Source: Macrostomum lignano
Taxonomy: Eukaryota
Direction of reading: 5' to 3'
DNA: 64,000 nucleotides
Assembly (NCBI GenBank): GCA_002269645.1
Contig: NIVC01001264.1
Coordinates: 261,684-325,683, forward strand
Under the pieces are notes generated by a model. The model saw nothing but the letters and a program-made list of their open reading frames with translations. It was not told the origin of the DNA and searched no databases. Below, piece after piece: positions 1 to 13,100 of this stretch (positions are counted from its first letter, which is position 1; each line of letters opens with the position of its first letter). Position numbers and translations under genes: made by a program.

Positions 1-1365
1 CGATCCTGTCTCCTCTCCTATTTTTGGTCTTCAAATCTCGTCTCCTCTCTTATACTTTAATTCCTTCGCCTCCTCGATTCTTTATTCTACATGTATCTCC
101 TCTTCTCTATTCCCTCGATCTCCTCTCTCGATCACCTCCTCGATCTCTGGCCCGCATTCTGCAGGCACTATAGGTTCTCGATCTGGCCGAGGTAAAAAAG
201 TTTTGCCAGCCCCTGATTTAGAGGGACATCGATGTAGACTTGTCTCGATATTTTGGCAATCTGTACTATACATGTAGCTCGTATAGCGAGAATTTCTCTT
301 GGCGACGGCCCCATCCATGACACCAAAAGAGTTTTTTTCGAGAAGGTGCAGCATGTGCACGTACAGCTATTGTTAAATATAAGCTGTTGATAACAAAATA
401 GCGCTGTAACTAATCATTTTCATAACAAAAGCTCAGGCAGCTTTCATTTATCCTCTTGGCCCTAGCTGAGACCGACCGATTTATACGTTTATATAGTTGA
501 GGGCTTTCGCGTGTCCACTACATGGAACTGGCAGGGGCCGGAATTTAGAGTTTATATCATTTTTAACAGACCCCACTCTGCCTTATAAAACTGTTTCGGA
601 GGAAAAACTTTTTTCCATTAACATAAAAAATTACATCAATGTCAATGCAGCAGCCTTTTAAAGTACCACCATACAAATGTATTGAAAAAAGTGATATGAT
701 AAACTAATTGTATATTATTAATTGCAATTTAGCATTTAAAGACCTGGCTATTTGCGACACTCTATTTATATTATCTATCATACCAAATCATAAATTTACT
801 TCACTGAACAATATTTCGAAGAAAGAAAGCTTTCGCAGAATGGCACCAATTTAACATAATACGTCATATTAACTTTTACGGTCATAGCCTGCCTGCCTAT
901 ATAGTTTTTCTAGTATGCAATAGGTCAACACCAGTTATTAGGTTAGTTATTAATAAGATAGTTAAGGGATTTATGGAAGTGTAGTGAGGCTGTTAGATTC
1001 TAAAAACATTGGTTTTATAGATCTAATTAATAAGTTTAGATCGATCGCGTTTGAGTCGGGTTTATTCATTTTTTTTAAAACCTTGGTCAGGCATAGGCCT
1101 TTTAAATGATTAGATGGAAGAATCTGCTATCAGCTGCTATTGCCCATTGCATTGCATTTACAGCCCCATTTAAAAATCATTTTAATTCATAGACCTAAGC
1201 CTAGATTATAGACAGTCCTCAGAGTCAAAGTTTTGTGCTTTCTATGCCTAGGGGCAGGGGGCCTAGTATAGCTTTGATTTGCTAGATTTAAACTCTGAGT
1301 CTTGTAAAATCGCATAGCTTGTTTAAAAAATTGAAGTAGGCCTATAAGCCTGTTATTTTTTCATA

Positions 1366-4300
1366 ATGTCCTTAAACAAGCCCATTACCCATGAATCTGA
1401 TACAGAAGAAATTTATGAAGAAAATAAAGACCAAATTCAGGTAATTTCTATTTTTTTACTTTAGCATTATAATTGTAATATAGAATTAGTATGCTTTTTA
1501 TATTGAGTCTATAAACAAGGTTGCTTAATTATATTAAATAAAAATATTGATAGGCCTAAGCCAAATTTGATATTTATCACTTACACTCTTGTTTTGACTT
1601 AAGTTATATATATAGATAGGCCTTTTTTAAATAAGGCCTATGTTTCTTTTAACCTTAGCCTATTATTAGTATATAGATTCTATAGGGGGGGAGGCTATAA
1701 TCCATAGTCTAGATCATGGCAGGCATATGCTAGAATAAAAGTTCATGCTTTTTTCAATTTTATACCAACGTAAAATTAAAAAAAAATTGATTAGACTAAA
1801 ATTTTTATATGCTATTTTAAAGAATATATATTTTAAGAATTCAAAACTTTTAATAAACTTTAAAATAGCTGTTTTTTTTGCTAAAAACTAATATTTTTTG
1901 TTTTAATTTTGACTTTTGTGATTGCATTAATATTTTCTATTTAGTTTCCAATTATTTTTAAAGAGCTTTTGATGTTGGTTGATATTTAATTACACAATTA
2001 CATTAGCCTTGAATTTAGGTTCATATTGAACCTAAAAATTCTAACTTTATAGACTAATTTTATTGTGACATGTTTTTGTTAAGTTTAATAGTAGGAATAC
2101 CAAGCCATTTTTCTGCTTGTTGAACTACTAAGAGGGTGGGAGGAAATCCCCCCCCCCTAACAATTTTTTTTGCTATGCTAGAATGGAGCAGTGCAGGCAC
2201 ACGAAAATCAATTTTCAAAAAATGAAAAAAACCAATTGAATTTATTGAATTTATTCAACAAATGAAATTTAGGTTTTTTCATTTTTAAAAGCGTAACCCT
2301 TTCTGCATAAAATTGGGTTCAATATTAAAGTTGAATAGACTAAATAGCTTGTCAAATAAAATATGTATGTATCTCATATATATAAAAGTATATATAATAA
2401 TATAAGTATATAGCAACATGAGTTTAAGCTTAACTATAGCAATGTCTATCTATAGACATTGCTATAACTATAGAAATGTTAAGAGTATAATGAAAAATCA
2501 TGCTCATATGTCCTTACTCACCTGGTGCCACCTATTGAAGGTGCCGATGGCGTCGGGATAATGACTAAAGGCTCGAGAGACTAGCTGAGAATGTCCATTG
2601 TTTAGCAGTTGGGTTTGCCCATTATTGAAGCTTGATAAGAAAAACCTGACATATTTGCAACAGGATGTCTATAGTCATCTGGTGTAATCTATTGAAGGTG
2701 TTGACATTGTTGGGGTGATGGCTGAATGCTTGACTGACTAGCTGAGGATGTCCAGCAGTTTATTTTTGCCTACTTGATTGGTGAAACTAGAGAAATTCTT
2801 ATCAGGCTATCTATAGTCACCTGGTGTAATATTTTGAAAGAGCCAACAGCATCAGGATGATGATGGAATGCTTGAGAGACTAGTTGAGAATGTCTGATGG
2901 TTGATTCTTGCCTACTGTCAAGACTTGATTGGCAAAACTAGAGAAATCTGCATCAGGATGTTCATAGTCAAATGGTGCTAGCTGCTGAAAGTCCAGAAGC
3001 TCCACCTAGGTGAAGGCTAGTGACCAACAAAGTTAGAACTGATGCATACACATGTGGTCAATGTGCTGATGAAATTTGGAGACTTGGCAAGGCTGCACTG
3101 AGGCGTAGTGCTGATTGGCACATAGGGGTATACTGAATACACTAGCGCTTATGGGAAAAATCTGACCTTCTGGCAGAATTGTAAAATATCTCAATGGTCT
3201 GAAAGGCTGGCAACTTGATTCTTGTTTGAGAAGGTGCACAACAAAAAGTTAGCCCATGTTCTTGAATTTTGTATGCCTGCATTGCTCCGTTCCGGTGCAG
3301 CAAAAAATTGTCAGGGGGGAATTCCCCCCCCTCTTGGTAGTTCTACTGTTAATTCAGTTGTTTTATTAGTAGGTGCCATTCAATAGATCATATGTGTATA
3401 ACATTGTTACTAGCAAAATCATGAGTTTTATAATAATTTTCTAATTGCAAATAATTTGCAGCAATGAATAATTTATTAAAAGCTTTAATCACTAAAGTGG
3501 TATATTTGTAATTATATATATAGCCAATCTTTTTGCCAAACTTGTCATTTTATTTTTCCAAAATATACATCTATTTAAACTAAAAATTCACTTTTGCCAA
3601 AGCATCTTTTTCCAAAAATTACTTCACCAAAATGGGCTGCACCCAAGTATCATATAGTTTATGCCCAAAAATTTGGGCATGCATTGGCCTTGTATGCCAA
3701 AAGTTGGCATGCAAGACTCTTGAGAAAATACTATGCGTACACACCTGGTATGTACTTCATAGAATCATGCAGAAGAGTTAAGCCTAGTGTTACTCATAAA
3801 TAGAAGAAAAAAACTAAAAAAATATTTTAAGTATAAATTTCAAGCTTTCTAGTTTTGACTTTTATAATTTTTAAGATAGCTCTATAAAAGGTAGAAATAA
3901 AAATAAAAGTCTCTAGGTTTTATCTAAACTAATGAAGCTGATAAAAAATGCTATTTAATATATATATCTATGTACAAAAAGCCTATTTATGACTCTTGAT
4001 AGATTTTTAATTGCCAAATAAGGGTTTTTATTTGCATTTTAATTTACAATAATTAAAATTTACTCAAATTTAATGTAAAAATTATATAGACCTAACCATA
4101 CATGCGCAACTGCTGGCCGACCTGGCCGATCTGGCCACCATAAATTGTGGTGGACCAGGGCCAGGGGTAAGTCGCAAAAAATGCCCACCCCAAATACAGA
4201 TGTAGTACTAATTAGATGACGAGGCATTTAGCCCTTATAAGACAGTCAAAGTTACTCCTGCCGTTTACTCAAAATTGTGTTAATGTTGCTCTAGTTTCTT

Positions 4301-7300
4301 TCACAGGTAAGTCGCATTTTTGGTCAAAAAGTAAGTCGCATGGCCAGTGTAAATCAGGGGGGTTGCGCATGTATGGGCCTAACTCTAAACCTAATTATCA
4401 CTACTCATCACTTTTTCTGTTTGCCTTGAAACTTTAACAAAGAAACAAAATCATAGTAGTGACAGACTTAAAATTGTTCATCTGTCTCTAAAACAATTTA
4501 TTTGATTGTTTACTATAAATCTACTAGCCTTTTTACTAATATGCTATTTCATACTATAAAAGAAAAACTTTTAAAAATTACCTACTATTCCATGGTTACA
4601 ACCAACATTCAATTATTCAAGCTAGTCTATTTACAAAGTAGTAAGAGTTCCATTTTTTATAAATAAACTTTGAATTAATGGATTTATAGTGTTTTTTTCT
4701 AGTGCAAGCCTTCTATCTTTAATTAAAAATAATGGTTTTAATGGTATGACCATTTTTAACTAGAACTATCCTTAGGCATCTGTTGGAATTAAAGTTGAGC
4801 AATCTATAGACTTCTATTTAACTAATGTAGTTCAAGACTAAGGTTTTGAATTCAAAAGGTACACACATGATGCTATTTTATTAGATTTAAATTTTTTGAC
4901 CAATGCTAGGTAGCCTCCTAGTTTTAAGTTTTATACCTTTAATTTTTACCTTGGATGCTAAATATGACTAATTCTAATGCTTAGAAACCTTTTATAAGAA
5001 AATTCGCAATGCAAATTAAACAACAATTTATAAATATTTGTGCAGGAGCAACTGGAAAAAAATCAATGATGCTTATACCTATGTTAACTGTCTTCAAACA
5101 GAATTGGAGGTAAGTCAACATTGTGTATTGACCTCACTAAAAATGCATTTAATTTGATCTTAATAAGTGATCAACCCAATCTCTAAGTGACCAACCAAAA
5201 CTCAATAAGAGACCAACCCTAATCTCAGAGACCAACTTAATCTCAATAAGTGACCAACCCTAATCTCAATAAGTGACCAACCCTAATCTCAATAAGAGAC
5301 CAACCTAATCTCAAAGAGACCAACTTAATCTCAATAAGTGACCAACCCTAATCTCAATAAGAGACCAACCCTAATCTCAAAGAGACCAACTTAATCTCAA
5401 TAAGAGACCAACCCAATCTCAAAGAGACCAACTTAATCTCAATAAGTGACCAACCCTAATCTCAATAAGTGACCAACCCTAATCTCAATAAGACACCAAC
5501 CCAATCTCAAAGAGACCAACTTAATCTCAATAAGAGACCAACCCAATCTCAAAGAGACCAACTTAATCTCAATAAGTGACCAACCCTAATCTCAATAAGT
5601 GACCAACCCTAATCTCAATAAGTGACCAACCAAAACACAATAAGAGACCAACCCAATCTCAATAAGAGACCAACCCAATCTCAATAAGTGACCAACCCAA
5701 TCTCAATAAGTGACCAACCAAAACTCAATAAGTGACCAACCCAATCTCAATAAGTGACCAGCACAATCTGAATGAGTGACCAACGCAAAACAATAAGTAT
5801 CCTAAACCCAATCCCACTGCATTGCCAGGCCTGTACAGCGGAGTTCAACGCCCAGATGACGGCAGCCAAAGTCGAACTGGTCGCTTTACGCAAGCGAATC
5901 GGCGCTAAGCGCATTGAAAAAGCGGCGCCATATTATCGCCAACTGGCCGAGCGGGCTCGAGCTCAGGACCTTGCCGCCGATGCTGCCAGACAATATCAGA
6001 GAAGCCTGTCCGAGCTGCAAGCGGCCAGGGAGACTCTGGAAGTGGCTGAGAATGCTCAGAAGCCTTCTGTTCAAACTGACGCTGCGGGAGCTGCCGCTGC
6101 CTGTTTAGATGAAGCTGCAGCATCCTGGGAGGAGCATTTGAGTCTGGCTAGACAGCGGGTTGTGTACGCTGAGCAGGAGTTGGAGCGGTGCCGATACGAG
6201 CACCAGTTGCACTCTAAGTGAGCGAAAGATTGAAGTTTAAGCCAGGGGGTGCATTGAAATACCTGAGGATATATTACCTAGCAGTTGAGGTTTGCCCCTC
6301 TGTCAAGGCTTGATCAGCGAAACTAGAGAAATTCGCAACAGGGTGTCCATAGTCACCTGGTGCCACCTGTTGAAGGTCCAGAAGCTCCGCCTGGGTGAAG
6401 GCCAGTGACCACCGAAGTCGGAGCTGATGTGGTCGAAGTGCTGATGAAATTTGGAGGCTTGGCAAGGCTGCACTGAGGCGAAGTGTTGATTGGCGCACAG
6501 GGGTGTACTGAATACACTGATGCTTGTGGGAAAAATCCGACCTTGTGCCAGAATCGTCGAATATCTGGACGGTCCAAAGAGCTAGGTAGCCCTTTGGCAG
6601 TTCTACTGTTAATATGCACGAAGATAGGGTTATGCAGTGCGAATATTAAGGAAACTACATGAAGTTTATCGTATGCCAAACCTAAGCAATAAAACTGTCA
6701 ACCAATTACGCCAACGTGCAGGCAATACTCCAAAGCGTCGGAGCAGTTGGCTTCTCTAAAAGCCAAACAGGAACGGCTAATAGAATCGTGCCGGCCATTC
6801 TACGAACTGAAAATGGCTCGCGAGCGCACCCTCACGGAGCTGGAGGACCGGCGTCAGCAGCTGACTGAACGCCTGGGTGGACAGAAGCGCGCTCACAAGC
6901 AGGCCATGTCGAGTCTGGAAGCGATCAGCTCCGATATGCACATGTCCAGGCGGCTGGCACAGTTGCACAGGTGTGCTTATTGCATTGAGAACTGCTGTGA
7001 CATTAGCTGGTTTCGAGCTTCTGTAAAGCTTCGAGCTCATGTGAAGCTTCGAGCTCGTGTGAAGCTTTGAGATTGTGTGAAGCTTCTGGTTTGTGTGAAG
7101 CTTCGAGCTCGTGTGAAGCTTCGAGATTGTGTGAAGCTTCGAGATTATGTGAAGCTTCTGGTTTGTGTGAAGCTTCGAGATCGTGTGAAGCTTCGAGCTT
7201 ATGTGAAGCTTCGAGATTGTGTGAAGCTTCTGGTTTGTGTGAAGCTTCGAGCTTGTGTGAATTAGCTTCAAGCTTGTGTGAAGCTTCGAGCTTGTATGAA

Positions 7301-7760
7301 AGTTTGAGCTTGTATTTAAGAATAGTATGACTCAATTGATTTCTGTTATTAAAAATGCTTGATCAATGCTAATAAAAAATCACATCCTACACGTAGGCGC
7401 CGGCTGCAGCAGCAGGTCTCTCCAGCAGATCACGTGTCCATCTCGCTCACTGCGGACGCCGAGTCCATGCGCAGCGACTGCTCCGAGGAAAGCCGGCAGC
7501 TGACCCTGCCGCCAGCTGCTCCCAGCTCCGCCTCGGTGCCGCCTTCGCCTGCTCGCGGCCGCATCGTCAGCCGGCTGGGTCACGTGACCGAGCATCCGCT
7601 ATTACAGTCCGTCTCTGGCTTGTCCGCTTCTTCTAGTAGCAAATCTAGCAATGCCGCCGCAGCCACTGCCGCTGCTGCTCCACCATCCTCACCGACGCCT
7701 GCAGATGCTCGTCATTCGACTGCGTCAGCTTCTTCACCTGCCACTCATGATCCCTCTTAA
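1366..7760 (+). CDS. SH3BP5: SH3 domain-binding protein 5-like (SH3BP5/parcas family Rab11 GEF), 5 coding exons
   Basis: Exons 1366-1440, 5046-5109, 5829-6217, 6722-6970 and 7397-7760, all GT-AG and phase-compatible apart from one extra A in the run at 5056-5062. The peptides DQIQ/EQLEKIN..QTELE, KRIEKAAPYY, RETLEVAE and SCRPFYELK...LEAISSDMH match SH3BP5 repeats (KPYWE/KPYFELK, LEMISDEIH). Confidence 0.85.
2122..3343. mobile_element. Non-autonomous TIR DNA element in SH3BP5 intron 1
   Basis: Imperfect TIRs of about 70 bp (GAACTAC.AAGAGGG...GGAGCAGTGCAGGCAC at 2122-2200; reverse complement at about 3270-3343). Internal subrepeats of about 150 bp (ATAGTCACCTGGTG...). Related partial copies occur elsewhere in the window. 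Confidence 0.65.
5168..5765. repeat. About 22-bp minisatellite (CCAACCCAATCTCAATAAGTGA), SH3BP5 intron 2
   Basis: Direct tandem copies visible. Confidence 0.9.
6275..6610. mobile_element. Partial copy of the 2122-3343 element
   Basis: Shares ATAGTCACCTGGTG, GCTGATGAAATTTGGAG..TGGCAAGGCTGCACTGAGGCG and the end GTTCTACTGTTAAT. Confidence 0.6.
7012..7310. repeat. 18-bp minisatellite (GTGAAGCTTCGAGCTTGT), SH3BP5 intron 4
   Basis: Tandem copies; same unit as 9385-10100. Confidence 0.9.
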
Positions 7761-7964
7761 GACATGCTCGGAAGCCATTCGAGCATGTCTGGTATTTTGT
7801 GTCCCTTTCCTTGTACACCACATTTTCTGTATACCAAATGTACTGCTGTTCTGCGCCACGTGGACTTCAGTGAAGTATTTCTTTCTATTTCTATTGAAAC
7901 TTTTACTCGAAAAGTCTGTGTTTCAATCATATATTATAGTGTGTATTTTGTACTGTCTGTGTCC

Positions 7965-8725
7965 GCATCTATCCTTGTCTGTGTCCACTCTATCCCTGTC
8001 TGTGTCCACTCTATCCCTTTCTGTGTCCACCTCTATCCCCGTCTGTGTCCACCTCCACCCCTGTCTGTGTCCACCTCCACTGTCGGTGTCCACCTCTATC
8101 CCTGTCTGTGTCCACATCTATCCCTGTCTGTGTCCACCTCTATTCTTGTCTGTGTCCACCTCTACCCATGTCTGTGTCCACCTCCACTGTCTGTGTCCAC
8201 CTCTACCCCTGTCTGTGTCCACCTCCACTGTCTGTGTCCACCTCTATCCCTGTCTGTGTCCACCTCCACTGTCTGTGTCCACATCTATCCTTGTCTGTGT
8301 CCACTCTATCCCTGTCTGTGTCCACATTTATCCTTGTCTGTGTCCACCTCTATCTTTGTCTGTGTCAACATCTATCCTTGTCTGTGTCCACATCTATCCT
8401 TGTCCGTGTCCACATCTATCCTTGTCTGTGTCCACTCTATCCCTGTCTGTGTCCACCTCTATCCTTGTCTGTGTCCACCTCTATCCTTGTCTGTGTCCAA
8501 ATCTATCCTTGTCTGTGTCCACCTCTTTCCCTGTCTGTGTCCACCTCCACTGTCTGTGTCCACCTCTACCCCTGTCTGTGTCCACCTCTTTCCCAGTCTG
8601 TCCACCTCTACCTCTGTCTGTGTCCACCTCTTTCCCTGTCTGTGTCCACCTCTACCCCTGTCTGTGTCCACCTCTTTCCCTGTCTTTGTCCACCTCTTTC
8701 CCTGTCTGTGTCCACCTTTATCCCT
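7965..8725. repeat. About 22-bp pyrimidine-rich minisatellite (TGTCCACCTCTATCCCTGTCTG)
   Basis: Tandem copies 3' of SH3BP5. Confidence 0.9.
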
Positions 8726-9384
8726 GCGTGTGTTTCCGAACTATTTCTAAAAGCTGTTGATTAGTACATGTAAACCCTGTGCTTTAAAGGCCCCAGTATG
8801 CATCAGTGTACGTTAATCATTTTCTGTGATGCAGTTTAGTCTGCTTCTGCTTATAGACTATATATCTTACTCCAGTAACCGTAACTGGGCATTGTTGTAT
8901 TTGGTGATATAATTTCTTCAAACTTCTTATTTATATACCCCTCCCGGATAGAAAAATTATTGTAAATAATACTTTTTGTTGTGACACCGATGTTCCACAA
9001 TGAAATTAACAGTAGTTACATGCAAAAATATTTGCAATTACAGTCCATTTCTTTGTTACCTCACTTTGCTTGTCATTGATTTACATTTCAATAGGAAACA
9101 CATTCTACAAATTCTGCAATACACTTCAAAAAGTTTTGTCTCAACGATTTCCAGCTCTGATGTGATCATGTGTGAAATTTTACTCTTTGAATTGAAAAAG
9201 AAACCAAATGTCAAGGCGTTATTTCTCGGGTTTTGTTTATTCGCATAATTAGAAATAAAATATTTCCATTTATCGGCCAAATTGCTTTTTGTGTCCGTCA
9301 TTTTCGCGTGCGGTTTGTGTTACTGCTAGTAGGAAGTAATGTTTTTTCATTCGGAACATTTTCTCTAAATTTAGGACTTTATTG

Positions 9385-10100
9385 CGTGAAGCTTGTGTGA
9401 AACTTGTGTAAAGCTTCGAGCTTGTGTGTGAGCCTTCGAGCTTGTGTGTGAAGCTTCGAGCTTGTGTGTGAAGCTTCGAGCTTGTGTGAATTAGCTTTTA
9501 GCTTGTGTGTGAAGCTTTTAGCTTGTGTGTGAAGCTTCGAGCTTGTGTGAAGCTTCGAGATTGTGTGAAGCTTCGAGCTTGTGGGAAGCTTCGAGTTTGT
9601 GTGAAGCTTCGATATTGTGTGAATCTTCGAGCTTGTGTGAAGCTTTGAGCTTGTGTGAAGCTTCGAGCTTTTGTGAAGCTTCGAGCTGGTGTGAATTAGC
9701 TTCAGCTTGGCTGAAGCTTCGAGCTTTTGTGAAGCTTCGAGCTGGTGTGAAGCTTCGAGCTTTTGTGAAGCTTCGAGCTGGTGTGAAGCTTTGAGCTTGT
9801 GTGAAGCTTCGAGCTTGTGTGAAGCTTCGAGCTTGTGTGAAGCTTCGAGCTTGTGTGAAGCTTCTAGCTTGTGTGAAGCTTCGAGCTTGTGTGAATCTTT
9901 GAGCTTGTGTGAAGCTTCGAGCTTGTGTGAAGCTTCGAGCTTGTGTGAAGCTTCGAGCTTGTGTGAAGCTTCTAGCTTGTGTGAAGCTTCGAGCTTGTGT
10001 GAAGCTTCGAGCTTGTGTGAAGTTTCTAGCTTGTGTGAAGCTTCGAGCTTGTGTGAATTAGCTTCGAGCTTGTGTGAATTAGCTTCGAGCTTGTGTGAAA
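9385..10100. repeat. 18-bp minisatellite (GTGAAGCTTCGAGCTTGT) upstream of TMEM201
   Basis: Tandem copies. Confidence 0.9.
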
Positions 10101-10154
10101 CTTGTTGTTCATTTCTGCATTTCTTAACCTGAGTACTTGTAAACTTTGGTTGTC

Positions 10155-13100
10155 ATGGCAACAACGGCAACACTATTATTAAATATTGTGACGCAATGGT
10201 TGTCGCTAGCGGCTACCAAAACTATATACGGCATTGCGTCTTTGGCAACCTTGTGCGCTCTGCTGCTTGTCTGCTTCTACCTGTGGCGGTTGGCTCGTTG
10301 CGGCTTCCCCGTGAACTGCTGGTTCTGCGGCGGCTCAACTCGGGTGCCCTTTGGCAATCGGAACTGCTTTGATTGCCCCCACTGCGACCAGTACAATGGC
10401 TTCGATTCGTGAGTGAGGGGGACTGTCTGGACATTCATTTTGAGAGGGTATTGTTGTCTTAATTTATCCAGAAGTTCATTCTTTTTTTAGCACACTATAA
10501 GAGTCATTCTGAGCACACTATGACGTATATTAGTCATTCTGAGCACTCCATACCGGTATTCGTGCACATTATATTAGTCATTCTGAGCACACTTTATTAG
10601 TCATTCTGAGTACACTTTATTAGTCATTCTGAGCACACTTTATTAGTCATTCTGAGCACACTTTATTAGTCATTCTGAGCACACTTTATTAGTCATTCTG
10701 AGCACTATAGGAGTCATTCTGAACACTATAGGAATCATTCTGAGCACTATAGGAGTCATTCTGAGCACTATAGGAGTCATTCTGAGCACTATAGGAGTCA
10801 TTCTGAGCACACTATAGGAATCATTCTGAGCACTATAGGAGTCATTCTGAGCACTATAGAAGTAATTCTGAGCACACTATATGAATCATTCTGAGCACAC
10901 CATATTAGTCATCCTGAGTACACTATAAAAATGATCATGGGTACACAATAAAAATCATTTCGAGTACACTATATGATTCATCCTGCGCACACTATAGGAA
11001 TCATCCTGCGCACACTATAGGAATCATCCTGCGCACACTATAGGAATCATCCTGAGCACACTATAGGAATCATTCTGAGCACACTATAGGAATCATCCTG
11101 AGCACACTATAGGAATCATTCTGAGCACACTATAGGAATCATCCTGAGCACACTATAGGAATCATTCTGAGCACACTATAGGAATCATCCTGAGCACACT
11201 ATAGGAATCATTCTGAGCACACTATAGGAATCATTCTGAGCACACTATTAACAGTAATTCTGAGAACCTTTCACAATTGCACTTTACATACTAAAGTACT
11301 TATGAGTGTCTGATTTAATGAAAAACTTCAGCGAAGGCAACTACAACAAGGACATACCGGCAATGCGGCACTCAGCAATGAACCTACGTCAGACGCCTTT
11401 GGCCTGTAGATCCTCTAGCACTGGCCGACTACCGTCTCCTAGCAACGGCGCGCAGCAGCAGCAGAAACAACTCTGCGACGCTTGCAATCGCAATCAGGCA
11501 TTGAAGGTGGCCCAGCTGGCCCAGTTCGAGCCGACCAGTCCGTCTGCGGAGGACGCCGAGCTGGCGGCCCTGCGCGCCCGTCTGGAGCGAGCCTACGCCC
11601 TCTGCCAGCGCTGCCGGGCCAAGCGGCGGGCCGCTCTGCAGGCTCAGGATATCCGACTGTTGCCGAGCTTACTCGAATGGCAGAGGTCGCGAGTTCGAGC
11701 CCGGAACAAAGCCGTTAAAACATCCGGCGCGTGCTCGAAGCAGACTAATTGGCTTCGAATGTTTTCTGTTTGCCTAGCAACTATGGGCTTGGCTTCCGCT
11801 TTGTCTGCTTGCGCAGCTCGACTGGTCTGCCTGCCGGCTGTCTTCTGCCTGCTTCTGGCTTGCCTGATCCGCCGGCCGCTCTGCTTCGGCTTCAGATTTC
11901 TAATTAACGGATGCGGCGGCGATCTGTGGCAAGGGCCCGTGTTCTTTGCGGCAGTGGAACCGTTGAGAACTCAGCTGACTGGTTGGATTGCTGAGGCTCT
12001 GGGGTTGGTGCTTAATGATGATGGCCTCAGCGTGAGCTTGCCTGGGTGAGCAGATATTGTGTCCTGCTGTTGCTTGTTGATGTCCAGTGTGACATCCAGT
12101 GTGACAACCAGTGTGACATCTAGTGTGACATCCAGTGTGACATCTAGTGTGACATCTAGTGTGACATCCAGTGTGACATCTAGTGTGACATCTAGTGTGA
12201 CATCCAGTGTGACATCTAGTGTGACATCTAGTGTGACATCTAGTGTGACATCCAGTGTGACATCTAGTGTGACATCTAGTGTGACATCCAGTGTGACATG
12301 CAGTGTGAAATCTAGTGTGACATCCAGTGTGACATCCAGTGTGAAATCTAGTGTGACATCTAGTGTGACAACCAGTGTGACATCCAGTGTGACAACCAGT
12401 GTGTCTTTGACTAGCGCTCCTTTCCAAGAAACCACAATTGCAAATTTCAGCTCAGCTACACGCTTCCAGCTCAGTTCGTCCACAATGGCTTCTTGGCTAA
12501 TGTCAGCGACTCTTACTGTTCTGCACCTCATCGCATTCTGGTTCAGATGGCGTCAGTTTAGAGCCTCATCCAGCTTAGTAACAATTGTCAATGTCAACAG
12601 TAACCATAGCAACAACAAAGCCAAGCTTCGCAGTCTAAACGGCAATTATAACAATAATAAAGCTACTGTCAGTAATTTCGGCGATGCCAGTTCTAATAGC
12701 GATAATAGTAGCGTCGCTGATGATGTCGATACTAATGTCGATTCTGCGTCGGTTCTGGCTTGGAATCAGCAGCAGCAACAGCAGAAGCCGGCGCCGTCAC
12801 TTATCAATCAGCGCGCGTATCTGCTTCAGCAGCAGGCTCAGGTCAAACGTCCTGCTTCGCTTCCGCCTGACTGGGCCTCTGGCGGCGCCGCTGCATATCG
12901 ACCGGTTCGCTCGTTCAGCTACTTGCAGCCCAATAACAGGCCGGTCGGTTTTGCCAATCCCACTCAGTCCCTGCTGTCGCCTGCGCAGCACCGACCGGCT
13001 TCGAGGTCGCCACCGGCGCCTCCGTCCACTCCGCTGATGTTGACGCCGACTGCTGCGCCATCGGCTGCCTGTATTGGTCGACGGTCGCCATCCACGGCAA

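Noticed and set aside
82-360. 92-aa minus-strand ORF at the window start
   Set aside because: No recognisable motif, and the 3' part is a purine-rich low-complexity tract.
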